Of a stretch of 64,000 bases of DNA, positions 56,442-64,000 are shown in pieces. Numbering within the stretch: the stretch's first letter is position 1; every line of letters starts with the position of its first letter. The stretch spans positions 4,059 to 68,058 of the forward strand of contig DAITPA010000003.1 in the NCBI GenBank assembly GCA_036833805.1, read 5' to 3'. Under the pieces are notes generated by a model. That model saw only the letters and a list, made by a program, of their open reading frames with translations. It had not been told where the DNA came from and did not search any database. This DNA comes from Steroidobacteraceae bacterium. GTDB taxonomy: Bacteria > Pseudomonadota > Gammaproteobacteria > Steroidobacterales > Steroidobacteraceae. Made by a program: the position numbers and the translations under genes.

Positions 56442-57626
56442 TTAGGCCGACGCGCCCGAGTAGTCGCGCAGCCGCAAGGCAAACTCGCGCAGGGCACGTA
56501 TGCCGCTCGCTTCGGCGCGCACACACCAATCGCGCAAGTTTTGCACGGCGCCGCCTGGACTCGCCGCTGCATCATTCCACGAATGCTGCAGACTCTCGCG
56601 GAACTCGACGACAGCGCGCAACACCTCGTAGCGCGCGAGGAGATCGCGCAGCACGCGGTGAGCCTCCTCCGCGAGTAACGCGGGATGGCGGATGAGAAGC
56701 ATCGGCGCCGTACGCGGAACGGCTCCCGCGGGTTCGCGCTCGGCGAGCTCGCGGCATACGGGTCGCACGACACGACGCGCATAGTCGCGCAGCACATGCA
56801 TGCGGTTGGTGAACAAAGCGAGTGCCGTGTCCGCATCCACGGTGCTAAGCTTGGCGATGAGTCGCGGCGACGGCGCGATGCGCCGCACATGCGCAAGTCC
56901 CAAGGCGCTGAAGAGCCGAATCCACAGCCAGCCGATGTCGATCTCCCAGGGCTGCACAGCAAAGCGTGCTGAGCGCGGGAAAGCGTGATGGTTGTTGTGC
57001 AACTCCTCGCCGCCGAGAAAAAGCGCCCACGGCACGATGTTCGTCGCCGTCGACGCCATCTCGAAGCTGCGGTAGCCCAAGCGATGACCGACGCCATTGA
57101 TCACGCCGCCGGCGAAGAATGGTTGCGCGGCGACGTGAACGGCCACCATCACGATGCCGGGCACACCGAACAGAATAAGCTCGGAAAGTATGAAGAAAAC
57201 GAGACCCGCCGCTGGCCAGCGGCTATAGAGGTTGCGCTCAATCCAGTCATCCGGCGTACCGCGGCCGTAGTAATCAAGGATCTGCGGGTCCGCAGTGGCC
57301 GCCTTATAGAGCTCATAGCCCTCAAGAACGACCTTCTTCAGCCCGAAAACGACGGGGCTATGTGGGTCGCCGGGCTGATCGGCGAAGGCATGGTGGCGCC
57401 GGTGTACGGCGACCCACTCTCGCGTGACTGTGCCGGAGCTGAACCAGAGCCAGAACCTGAAGATATGGCGCAGTGTGGGATGCAGTTCTAGGCCGCCATG
57501 GGACTGGTCTCGGTGCAGATACAAGGTGATCCCGAGAAACATGAGCTGCATAAGCCCGAACGTAACGAGCGCATAGCCCCAGAAAGGCAGCTCCACGATC
57601 CCGTAGGGGAAATACCCGCTCAGCAT
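56442..57626 (-). CDS. membrane fatty acid (acyl-lipid/acyl-CoA) delta-9-type desaturase, DesA-like
   Basis: ORF 56442..57653. The ATG at 57626 is preceded by GAGGAG. Three histidine boxes are present: HRDQSH, HRRHH and HNNHH. Confidence 0.9.
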   Translation of the reverse strand: MLSGYFPYGIVELPFWGYALVTFGLMQLMFLGITLYLHRDQSHGGLELHPTLRHIFRFWLWFSSGTVTREWVAVHRRHHAFADQPGDPHSPVVFGLKKVVLEGYELYKAATADPQILDYYGRGTPDDWIERNLYSRWPAAGLVFFILSELILFGVPGIVMVAVHVAAQPFFAGGVINGVGHRLGYRSFEMASTATNIVPWALFLGGEELHNNHHAFPRSARFAVQPWEIDIGWLWIRLFSALGLAHVRRIAPSPRLIAKLSTVDADTALALFTNRMHVLRDYARRVVRPVCRELAEREPAGAVPRTAPMLLIRHPALLAEEAHRVLRDLLARYEVLRAVVEFRESLQHSWNDAAASPGGAVQNLRDWCVRAEASGIRALREFALRLRDYSGASA

Positions 57627-57702
57627 CAAGATCTCCTCGTCTTGAGGGCGCAACTGTACTGGAAAACTTCAGGTGCGGCGCGACCTTAGCATGGAAATGC
57701 GT

Positions 57703-57720
57703 AGACACCCGTACGTGTCT
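57703..57720. promoter_or_regulatory. inverted repeat agacac-N6-gtgtct in the desaturase/csbD divergent region (operator candidate)
   Basis: Read directly: agacacccgtacgtgtct. The central cgtacg is itself palindromic. Confidence 0.3.
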
Positions 57721-57805
57721 TAATGCCTCCGGGGAACGTTTCTCGCACCGTGGCGTTGAACACATAGAGCGGGCCGAATCACCGGTCGGCGAACAGGAGA
57801 GTGGC

Positions 57806-57991
57806 ATGGACAACGATCGCATCAAGGGTGCCGTTAAGCAGAAAGTCGGCGAGGCTAAAGAAGTGGCCGGCAAGGTGACGGGTGATGAGAAGCTCAAGCG
57901 CCAAGGTCAAGCTGACCAGGTTGCCGGTAAGGTTCAAAACATCGTCGGCGGCCTGAAGGACTCGGTTCGCGAGAGCCAGGACAAGAGGTAA
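57806..57991 (+). CDS. CsbD family stress protein
   Basis: 61-aa ORF. IKGAVKQKVGEAKEVAGKVTGDEKLKRQGQADQVAGKVQ is the CsbD pattern, and GGAGAG lies upstream. Confidence 0.8.
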   Translation: MDNDRIKGAVKQKVGEAKEVAGKVTGDEKLKRQGQADQVAGKVQNIVGGLKDSVRESQDKR

Positions 57992-58006
57992 CGCGAACGA
58001 CCTTGC

Positions 58007-58038
58007 GAGCAGGAGTCCGGTTTGCCGGATTCCTGCTC
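58007..58038. terminator. 14-bp hairpin between convergent csbD and peroxiredoxin genes
   Basis: gagcaggagtccgg-tttg-ccggattcctgctc (one G-U pair). No U-tract. Confidence 0.5.
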
Positions 58039-58071
58039 AGGGCAGCTGGCATCCGAGTCGCTGGTGTGTCT

Positions 58072-58605
58072 CTAAGACTTCTTCTGCAGCTTCTCGACGG
58101 CTGCCATGGTATTGGCGACGTGCTGGCCCGGGTTTAATGCCGTGTAAGAGTAGGCAATCGTGCCGTCCTGTGCGATGACGTAGGACGTGCGATTTGCATA
58201 TTCGGGCTTAATCGCCAGCACCGAATCGTAAGCCTTCATAATGCTTTGATCCGTATCCGCCGCGACCGCGAACTTGTTGCGGCACTCGCTTACCGAAAAC
58301 TTATTCAGTGTGTCGATAGAATCGTGTGACACACCGATCACGGTCGCGCCGAGCGCCTTGAATTTATCGGTGGCCTCGGCGAAATCGTGCGCCTCGACGG
58401 TGCATCCCGGTGTGAACGCCGCGGGGTAGAAATACAGCACGACCGGGCCTTTCTTCAGGGCGTCCGCGAGTGAGAACGTGAAGGGCTTGCCGGCAAGCGT
58501 CGCCTGCGTCGTAAAGTCTGGGGCCGCGTGACCGTTCGGTAGCGCAGCAAAAGCTGCGTGAGCGGCCAATGCGCCAAGCAACGCACAACATGACAAGAAT
58601 TTCAT
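58072..58605 (-). CDS. secreted peroxiredoxin (AhpC/TSA, BCP/PrxQ-like)
   Basis: 177-aa ORF with signal peptide MKFLSCCALLGALAAHAAFA and active-site region YFYPAAFTPGCT. Confidence 0.9.
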   Translation of the reverse strand: MKFLSCCALLGALAAHAAFAALPNGHAAPDFTTQATLAGKPFTFSLADALKKGPVVLYFYPAAFTPGCTVEAHDFAEATDKFKALGATVIGVSHDSIDTLNKFSVSECRNKFAVAADTDQSIMKAYDSVLAIKPEYANRTSYVIAQDGTIAYSYTALNPGQHVANTMAAVEKLQKKS

Positions 58606-58780
58606 AATAGTCCTTAAGCTTTAGGGGGCGGCCAGCGCAAAGGTACGACCTCGGCGCGGCAGCGTCCAGTACCCGCCAATCCTCGGTTCAGTTTTCCTGA
58701 AGCGAACTTCAGCACAACGCACCATCGGGCGCGCTCACGCTGGCAGTCTATCGCTCACTGGATACGTTTAGGAGACGATC

Positions 58781-59128
58781 ATGAAAACGAACCGACTGTC
58801 ATTGCTGTTTGCATCCATCACCGTTGCCATCCATCTTGCAGGCTTTGCTGCCGTCGAGGTCGGCGCAAAAAAGCTCCTCGCCGAAACCGTGAGCTACCAC
58901 GATCTTGATCTGTCACGGCCCGCGGACGCCGCTCTGCTCTACAAGCGGATCGGGAAAGCTGCTGAGCAGGTGTGCGAGAGGTTCGACGCCGGCGCGGCGT
59001 CGCACCAGGCGTTGCGACACAGATGCGAGGAGCGGGCCATCGCCGCAAGCGTCGCACGGGTCAATGACGCAAACCTAAGCGCGCAACGTGACGCCGGGTT
59101 CAAAGTGCGCGTCGCGGTGCAGTCCTAG
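58781..59128 (+). CDS. UrcA family secreted protein
   Basis: 115-aa ORF with a signal peptide and VSYHDLDLSRPADAALLYKRIGKAAEQVC, the UrcA-type motif as I recall it. GGAGA lies upstream. Confidence 0.7.
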   Translation: MKTNRLSLLFASITVAIHLAGFAAVEVGAKKLLAETVSYHDLDLSRPADAALLYKRIGKAAEQVCERFDAGAASHQALRHRCEERAIAASVARVNDANLSAQRDAGFKVRVAVQS

Positions 59129-59144
59129 GACAATGCAACGACGA

Positions 59145-59207
59145 CCCTCAGCCCGCGGCATGTGGACGGCAAGGATAAAGCCGTGACAGCATGCCGCCCG
59201 CTGAGGG
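59145..59207 (+). other. 63-nt extended stem-loop filling most of the urcA-LysR intergenic space
   Basis: The outer stem pairs ccctcagc with gctgaggg. A symmetric cc/cc internal loop follows, then an inner stem gcggcatg/catgccgc. The apical stem acggc/gccgt closes on loop aaggataaa. The element ends 8 nt before the LysR ATG (59215). Confidence 0.45.
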
Positions 59208-59214
59208 CCTCTAA

Positions 59215-60177
59215 ATGCCGATTGCCAAGCGGGCGAGCAAAAAATCCACGCGCAAACTCACGGCGGGCTTTCGTCGCCTGCCACTCGCGAGCCTGCGCGT
59301 ATTTGTTGCCGCCGCCGAGCATCTGTCGTTCAGCCATGCGGCCGATGCCCTCGGCGTCAGCGTCGCCGCGGTCAGCATGCAGATTCGCGCGCTCGAGGAG
59401 TATCTGGGCTCGCCGCTCTTTCACCGCCGCGGACGGCTCGTGCAGTTGACAGCTGCTGGCATCCAGCTCCTGCCACGGGTGCGCAATGGTTTGGCTGAGC
59501 TCGAACGCGCCATCAACGAGGCGCGCCTCGAGCAGCGCACCGGACCGCTCACCGTGAGCGTGCTCGCCTCGTTCCTGCAGCAGTGGCTGCTGTTGCGCCT
59601 GCCGGGCTTCAACGAGCGCTATCCGCAGATTGATATGCGCATCCACACGTCCGACCAGCTGGTCGATTTCGGACACTCCGACGTGCAGGCAGCGATCCGC
59701 TTCGGCAGCGGCCCCTGGCCGAAACTGCATTGCGAAAAGCTGCTTGACGACTGGGTGTTGGCGGTGTGCACGCAACAACTCTTGGACAAGCACGGGCCGG
59801 TCAGCAGGCGCGCGGATCTGCGACGCTATCGCCTGTTGCACGAGGACAGCGAGGCCTGGCGCGTCTGGCCGGGCGGCGCGACCGATGAAGGCACATTCAT
59901 CGCCGAAGAGCGCCGCGGCGCGACGTTCGATGATTCGGTGAGCGTCGTGCGTGCTGCTGGCGCGGGCCAGGGACTTGCGCTCGTGCGCTGGAGCCTGGTG
60001 GCGCAGGATATTGAGTGCGGGCGCCTCGTGATCGCAAGCCGCACCATCATTCCAATAAAGCTCGCCTACTACTTTGTATGCCCGGCAAGCTATCTCGGCA
60101 TGGAGAAGATCGCGGCGTTTCGCGCCTGGATAATGGAAGAAGCACGGCGCGCGCCGCGCCCGCCGCTGAAATCATGA
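59215..60177 (+). CDS. LysR family transcriptional regulator (GcvA/AmpR-like)
   Basis: 320-aa ORF with HTH LASLRVFVAAAEHLSFSHAADALGVSVAAVSMQIRALEE and a LysR substrate-binding domain. Confidence 0.85.
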   Translation: MPIAKRASKKSTRKLTAGFRRLPLASLRVFVAAAEHLSFSHAADALGVSVAAVSMQIRALEEYLGSPLFHRRGRLVQLTAAGIQLLPRVRNGLAELERAINEARLEQRTGPLTVSVLASFLQQWLLLRLPGFNERYPQIDMRIHTSDQLVDFGHSDVQAAIRFGSGPWPKLHCEKLLDDWVLAVCTQQLLDKHGPVSRRADLRRYRLLHEDSEAWRVWPGGATDEGTFIAEERRGATFDDSVSVVRAAGAGQGLALVRWSLVAQDIECGRLVIASRTIIPIKLAYYFVCPASYLGMEKIAAFRAWIMEEARRAPRPPLKS

Positions 60178-60888
60178 TCCGTCCGTCTGCGGCAGCTGCT
60201 CGGCGCGCAACCGATAGCCTAGCCCGACCTCCGTCACAAGAAACTGCGGACGCCGCGGATCGGGCTCGAGCTTATTGCGCAGGTTTTTGATGCACACCCG
60301 CAGGCTGCGTGTATCGCCCTGACGATCCGGGCCCCAAACTTCACGAATCAGCTGGTCTTGCCTGACGACCAGTCCGGCTTGGCGCACGAGCCGCTCGAGC
60401 ACTCGGTACTCAAGCGGTGTCATGTGAATCGAGCCAGCCTGACCGTGCGCTTCACGCCGCGCAAGATCAACTTGCACGCTTCCGAATATCCAGACCGAGG
60501 TTCCATCCTCGCGGCGCGCGTTGCGCCGCAGCGCCGCGCGCACCCGCGCCAGCAATTCCGTTGCGCTGAATGGCTTCGTGACGTAGTCATCAGCGCCCGC
60601 ATCGAGCGCTGCTATCTTCTCGACTTCCATTGTACGTGCCGACAACACGATGATTGGGACGGCAGACCAGCTGCGCACGCGGCGGATTACCGTCACCCCA
60701 TCGCCATCGGGCAAACCCAGGTCAATGAGCATCAGATCTGGCTTATGCGTGCGTGCTTCAATCTCACCGCGTGCGGCAGTGGCAGCCTCGACGACGCGGA
60801 ACTTCTGCGCTTCAAAGAGCGCACGCAGGATGTTGCGCAAAGCCGGCTCATCCTCCACGATCAGGATCAGATGCATGGCCTGTGTCAT
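60172..60888 (-). CDS. kdpE: two-component response regulator KdpE
   Basis: 238-aa ORF with receiver ILIVEDEPALRN...DLMLIDLGLPDGDG and an OmpR-type winged helix (LTPLEYRVLERL). 4-nt overlap with kdpD. Confidence 0.9.
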   Translation of the reverse strand: MTQAMHLILIVEDEPALRNILRALFEAQKFRVVEAATAARGEIEARTHKPDLMLIDLGLPDGDGVTVIRRVRSWSAVPIIVLSARTMEVEKIAALDAGADDYVTKPFSATELLARVRAALRRNARREDGTSVWIFGSVQVDLARREAHGQAGSIHMTPLEYRVLERLVRQAGLVVRQDQLIREVWGPDRQGDTRSLRVCIKNLRNKLEPDPRRPQFLVTEVGLGYRLRAEQLPQTDGS

Positions 60889-63584
60889 GGGGCAGGTTCC
60901 GTCGCCGGCAGCGTCAGATCCAAGCGCGCGCCGCCGCCAGGGCGGCGCTCCGCTTCGATGCTGCCGCCATGCGCGCGCACGATGGCTCGGCAGATGGCGA
61001 GCCCCAGACCCACGCCTGCGATCGACCCCTCTGCGCCGCCGCGTTGGAACTTGTCGAAGAGCCGCGCAGTGTCGCCTGCGGGAAGTCCAGGGCCTTCGTC
61101 ATCGACAAACACGCGCACGAGCGGCCCCTCGGCGACTGCCGATACGCACACGCGCGTACCGGCGGGCGTATATTTGGCGATGTTATCGAACAGGTTGGCA
61201 AACACCTGCACGATGAGCGCGGCATCGACATACACCGGCGGCAGATCACTCGGCAGCGAAACCTCGATCGGATATTGAGCGAGTCGCTTTTCGAGCCGCT
61301 GCAAGGCGGTGCCCAGGAGATCATCCACAGCCTGCCAGTCGCGCCGCAGCGCAACCTCACCTGCTTCGAAGCGCGTCAAATCGAGAACGTTTGAGACCAG
61401 TTCCGACATATCGCGCGCCGTCGACTCAATGGAGCGCGCAAGCGAGATGCGCGTGGCTTCATCAAGGTTTGCACCGTGCTCCGCGAGCGTGCTGCCCGCG
61501 CCCGCCAGGATCGCAAGCGGCGTGCGCAGATCGTGTGAAATCGATGCCAGCAGCGTGTTGCGCAAGCTCTCGCCCTGCGCGGCAATGCGTGCCGTTTCGA
61601 CTGATTCAGCGATGCGAGCGCGCTCGAGCGCAAGCCCGATTTGACCCGCAAAAGTCTCAAGCAAGTGACGCTGCTCGGGCAGCAGTACTCGCCGCGGATT
61701 ACTCGGCAATACACCGAGCACGCCGAGCGCGGGGCGCAGGTTACCGAGCGGCAAATACAAAGCGGGCGCTGCAGGCAGGGTATCCGTGCCCAAGCCCGCT
61801 CGACGCCCATGATCGACGACCCATTGTGCAACGGCCAGGTCCGCGCCGCGCAGCGACCATTCCAATGGCGGCCCACGCGGAGAGTGCAGTTTGCCGAGCG
61901 CGTCGGGCAGCAGCACCACTGCCTTGCAGCTGAAGACCTCGGCGACGTGTTTGACCCCGGCAAGCGCCATGTTTTCAATGCCACGGGTCGCCGCGAGCTC
62001 TCGGCTCATGGCGTACAGGAGTGCGGTGCGTCGCTCGCGCGCGCCGGCGACGCGCGTCTGCTGGCGTACACTCGCCATGAGATTGGCGATGACGAGCGCA
62101 ACCGCCAGCATGACGCCGAACGTCAGGAGGTACTGCGCATCGGAGACGGCAAACGTAAAGCGCGGTGGCACGAAGAAGAAATCGAACGCGGCGACGTTCA
62201 GCAACGCCGTCAGCACGGAAGGCCCGCGTCCCAATCGCAAACCCGCGAGCATCACGCCCAAGAGATACACCATGATGAGGTTCGCAAGCGCGAAGCGCGG
62301 GAAGAGGAGAAACGCGGCCGCAGTGCACGCCGTGGACGTCGCAATTCCCCATCCGTAGCGAGCCCATTGAATCGGCACTGCGCTGGCAGCGGCTGCGCTG
62401 CCCACTGATCGAGCATGTTCCGCGGCCGCCTGTTCGACCACCGCAACGGTGAGCACATCAAAGCCGCGCGCCGCGTGCACCAGCTCGGTGGCGGTCGATG
62501 CACGCAGCCACGCGCGCCAGCCGCGACGCTTCGGCGCGCCGACGATGACGCGGGTCGCGCGGCGGGTCTGCGCATATTCAACGAGAGTTGCCGCAGCCGA
62601 AGGGCCAGCGAGTGTCACGGTCTCGGCACCGAGCGACTCCGCGAGACGCAAAAGATCAATGCGCCGGTTCCGCTCGACCTGCGCCAGGCGCAGCAGGCGC
62701 GGCGTTTCAACGTACACGACGGTCCAGTCGGCATCGAGCGCGTCCGCCAGGCGCTTGCCGGTACGCACCAGCTGCTCGGACTGAGCATCAGGTCCGGTCG
62801 CGACCAGAATGCGCTCGCCCGCAAGCCGCGCACGCGAGATTCGATCGCCCGCAGCCGACTCGCGCGCCGCCGCCTCCACACGGTCCGCGGCCCGCCGCAG
62901 AGCCAATTCCCGCAGCGCCATGAGATTCGGCTTGCGAAAGAATCGCTCGACCGCATTTGCGACCTCGTCGTGCACATACACCTTGCCCGCATGCAGACGC
63001 GCGAGCAGGTCATCGGGCGGCAGGTCGATGAGCTCCACCTCGTCCGCCTCATCGAAGATTCGATCCGGCAGTGTCTCGCGCTGTCGTACGCCGGTGATCT
63101 GCGCGACGAGATCGTTGAGGCTCTCCAGATGCTGAACGTTGACCGTCGTCCAGACATTGATGCCGGCGTCGAGCAACTCCTCCACGTCCTGCCAGCGCTT
63201 CGGATGGCGCGGCGTGGGTTCACCGCCGAGAAGGTTCGAATGCGCAAGCTCATCGACCAGGAGAATGGCCGGACGCCGCTTCAGCGCAGCGTCGAGATCG
63301 AATTCATGGCGTTCGATGCCGCGGTAGCCGATGGCGAGCGTGGGCAGCTGCTCAAGGCCTTCGAGCAAGCGCTCCGTCTCCACCCGTCCGTGAGGCTCAA
63401 CATAACCGACTGCGACATCGGTGCCGCTTGCGCGTGCGCTGCGTGCCGCTTCCAGCATGGCGTAGGTCTTGCCGACCCCCGCTGAGCTGCCGAAAAAGAT
63501 TCGCAAGCTGCCGCGCTTGGCGCGCGCCTCCTCGGCCACCACATGCGCGAGGAGCTGATCTGGGTCGGGCCGTATTTCAACCAT
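60885..63584 (-). CDS. kdpD: sensor histidine kinase KdpD
   Basis: 899-aa ORF with the KdpD N-terminal P-loop domain (GSSAGVGKTYAML), a Usp-like region, four TM helices, H-box ISHDLRTPL and HATPase GVGLGLAICRAIVRAHGG. Confidence 0.95.
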   Translation of the reverse strand: MVEIRPDPDQLLAHVVAEEARAKRGSLRIFFGSSAGVGKTYAMLEAARSARASGTDVAVGYVEPHGRVETERLLEGLEQLPTLAIGYRGIERHEFDLDAALKRRPAILLVDELAHSNLLGGEPTPRHPKRWQDVEELLDAGINVWTTVNVQHLESLNDLVAQITGVRQRETLPDRIFDEADEVELIDLPPDDLLARLHAGKVYVHDEVANAVERFFRKPNLMALRELALRRAADRVEAAARESAAGDRISRARLAGERILVATGPDAQSEQLVRTGKRLADALDADWTVVYVETPRLLRLAQVERNRRIDLLRLAESLGAETVTLAGPSAAATLVEYAQTRRATRVIVGAPKRRGWRAWLRASTATELVHAARGFDVLTVAVVEQAAAEHARSVGSAAAASAVPIQWARYGWGIATSTACTAAAFLLFPRFALANLIMVYLLGVMLAGLRLGRGPSVLTALLNVAAFDFFFVPPRFTFAVSDAQYLLTFGVMLAVALVIANLMASVRQQTRVAGARERRTALLYAMSRELAATRGIENMALAGVKHVAEVFSCKAVVLLPDALGKLHSPRGPPLEWSLRGADLAVAQWVVDHGRRAGLGTDTLPAAPALYLPLGNLRPALGVLGVLPSNPRRVLLPEQRHLLETFAGQIGLALERARIAESVETARIAAQGESLRNTLLASISHDLRTPLAILAGAGSTLAEHGANLDEATRISLARSIESTARDMSELVSNVLDLTRFEAGEVALRRDWQAVDDLLGTALQRLEKRLAQYPIEVSLPSDLPPVYVDAALIVQVFANLFDNIAKYTPAGTRVCVSAVAEGPLVRVFVDDEGPGLPAGDTARLFDKFQRGGAEGSIAGVGLGLAICRAIVRAHGGSIEAERRPGGGARLDLTLPATEPAP

Positions 63585-63652
63585 TAGGCAAGGCTACAGC
63601 CCTGCAGCCGGCGCGCCCACTGCCACAAGTTGCGGGGGCTGCTGCCCCTCGT

Positions 63653-64000
63653 CTAAGGCTTGCCATCGCGCGCCGCAAGCTCATCCAGTGCCAGATTGAG
63701 CTCCAGAATGTTGACTCGCGGCTCGCCCAGAACGCCCCATAACCGCCCTTCCGTGTGGGCCGAGAGCAGGCCCCGCACCGCTGCCGCGCTCATTCCCCGC
63801 GCCCGCGCCACGCGCGCAACCTGGTACTGCGCCGCTGCAATGCTGAGGTGCGGGTCGAGGCCGCTGCCCGAGGCGGTCACGAGGTCCACCGGGAAAGCTG
63901 CCTTGTTGCGCGGGTCCGCGGCCTGCAAAGCGTGGATTCGCGTCTTGATGGCATCCGTCAGAGCGGGGTTCAAAGGCCCAAGGTTCGAGCCGCCGGATGC
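63653..64000 (-). CDS. kdpC: potassium-transporting ATPase subunit C (partial; N-terminus beyond window end)
   Basis: The frame stays open to the window edge (…[22 protein letters not shown]...). [14 protein letters not shown] and [11 protein letters not shown] match the KdpC C-terminal half. Confidence 0.9.
   Translation of the reverse strand, partial: ASGGSNLGPLNPALTDAIKTRIHALQAADPRNKAAFPVDLVTASGSGLDPHLSIAAAQYQVARVARARGMSAAAVRGLLSAHTEGRLWGVLGEPRVNILELNLALDELAARDGKP

Noticed and set aside
1-64000. tRNA, rRNA, CRISPR arrays, IS elements, integrases and prophage genes
   Set aside because: I scanned the intergenic regions by eye for T-loop-like GGTTCGAATCC-type strings, regularly spaced repeats and transposase- or integrase-like translations, and found none. 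This is a visual scan only; tRNAscan-SE, Rfam and ISfinder searches would be definitive.

Overview
Dense, GC-rich (by eye, roughly mid-60s % GC) proteobacterial-type chromosomal segment. It holds about 58 protein-coding genes, many joined by 4-nt start/stop overlaps. I recognised no rRNA, tRNA, CRISPR array, transposase, integrase or phage-like gene. Content is mostly core metabolism: aceB (partial), fumC and acnA; class II DAHP synthase; a lysine-6-dehydrogenase-like gene with an ALDH7-type dehydrogenase; a purB/NUDIX/mnmA housekeeping block; an E. coli-style thrABC operon; a sulfur-assimilation island (cysI-DUF934, cysB, cysH-cysG-cysK-like-FNR); modBC; a 2-oxoacid dehydrogenase E1(alpha-beta fusion)/E2 pair with a divergent Lrp regulator; ald; a desA-like desaturase; small stress proteins; and kdpC(partial)DE at the right edge. 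Five things deserve a second look. (1) A translationally coupled five-gene operon (36085-40968) encodes a MaoC hydratase, a CitE-type lyase, an unknown 126-aa protein, an isovaleryl-CoA-type dehydrogenase and a biotin carboxylase/BCCP. It resembles the mycobacterial Rv2498c-Rv2502c leucine/itaconate route, but no carboxyltransferase subunit is present in the window. (2) A membrane-anchored TIR-domain protein carries a periplasmic TPR sensor scaffold (17694-19781) and lies downstream of unusually long non-coding stretches. (3) A membrane NERD-domain protein is translationally coupled to thrC. (4) A very acidic 84-aa ORF lies downstream of an orphan kynA. (5) The sulfur island lacks cysJ and cysDN and instead carries a TrxR-type ferredoxin-NADP reductase and DUF934. 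All functional names come from motif recognition in the supplied translations and my own reading of the DNA. No database search was possible, so family assignments need HMM/BLAST confirmation, and several start codons are judgement calls.
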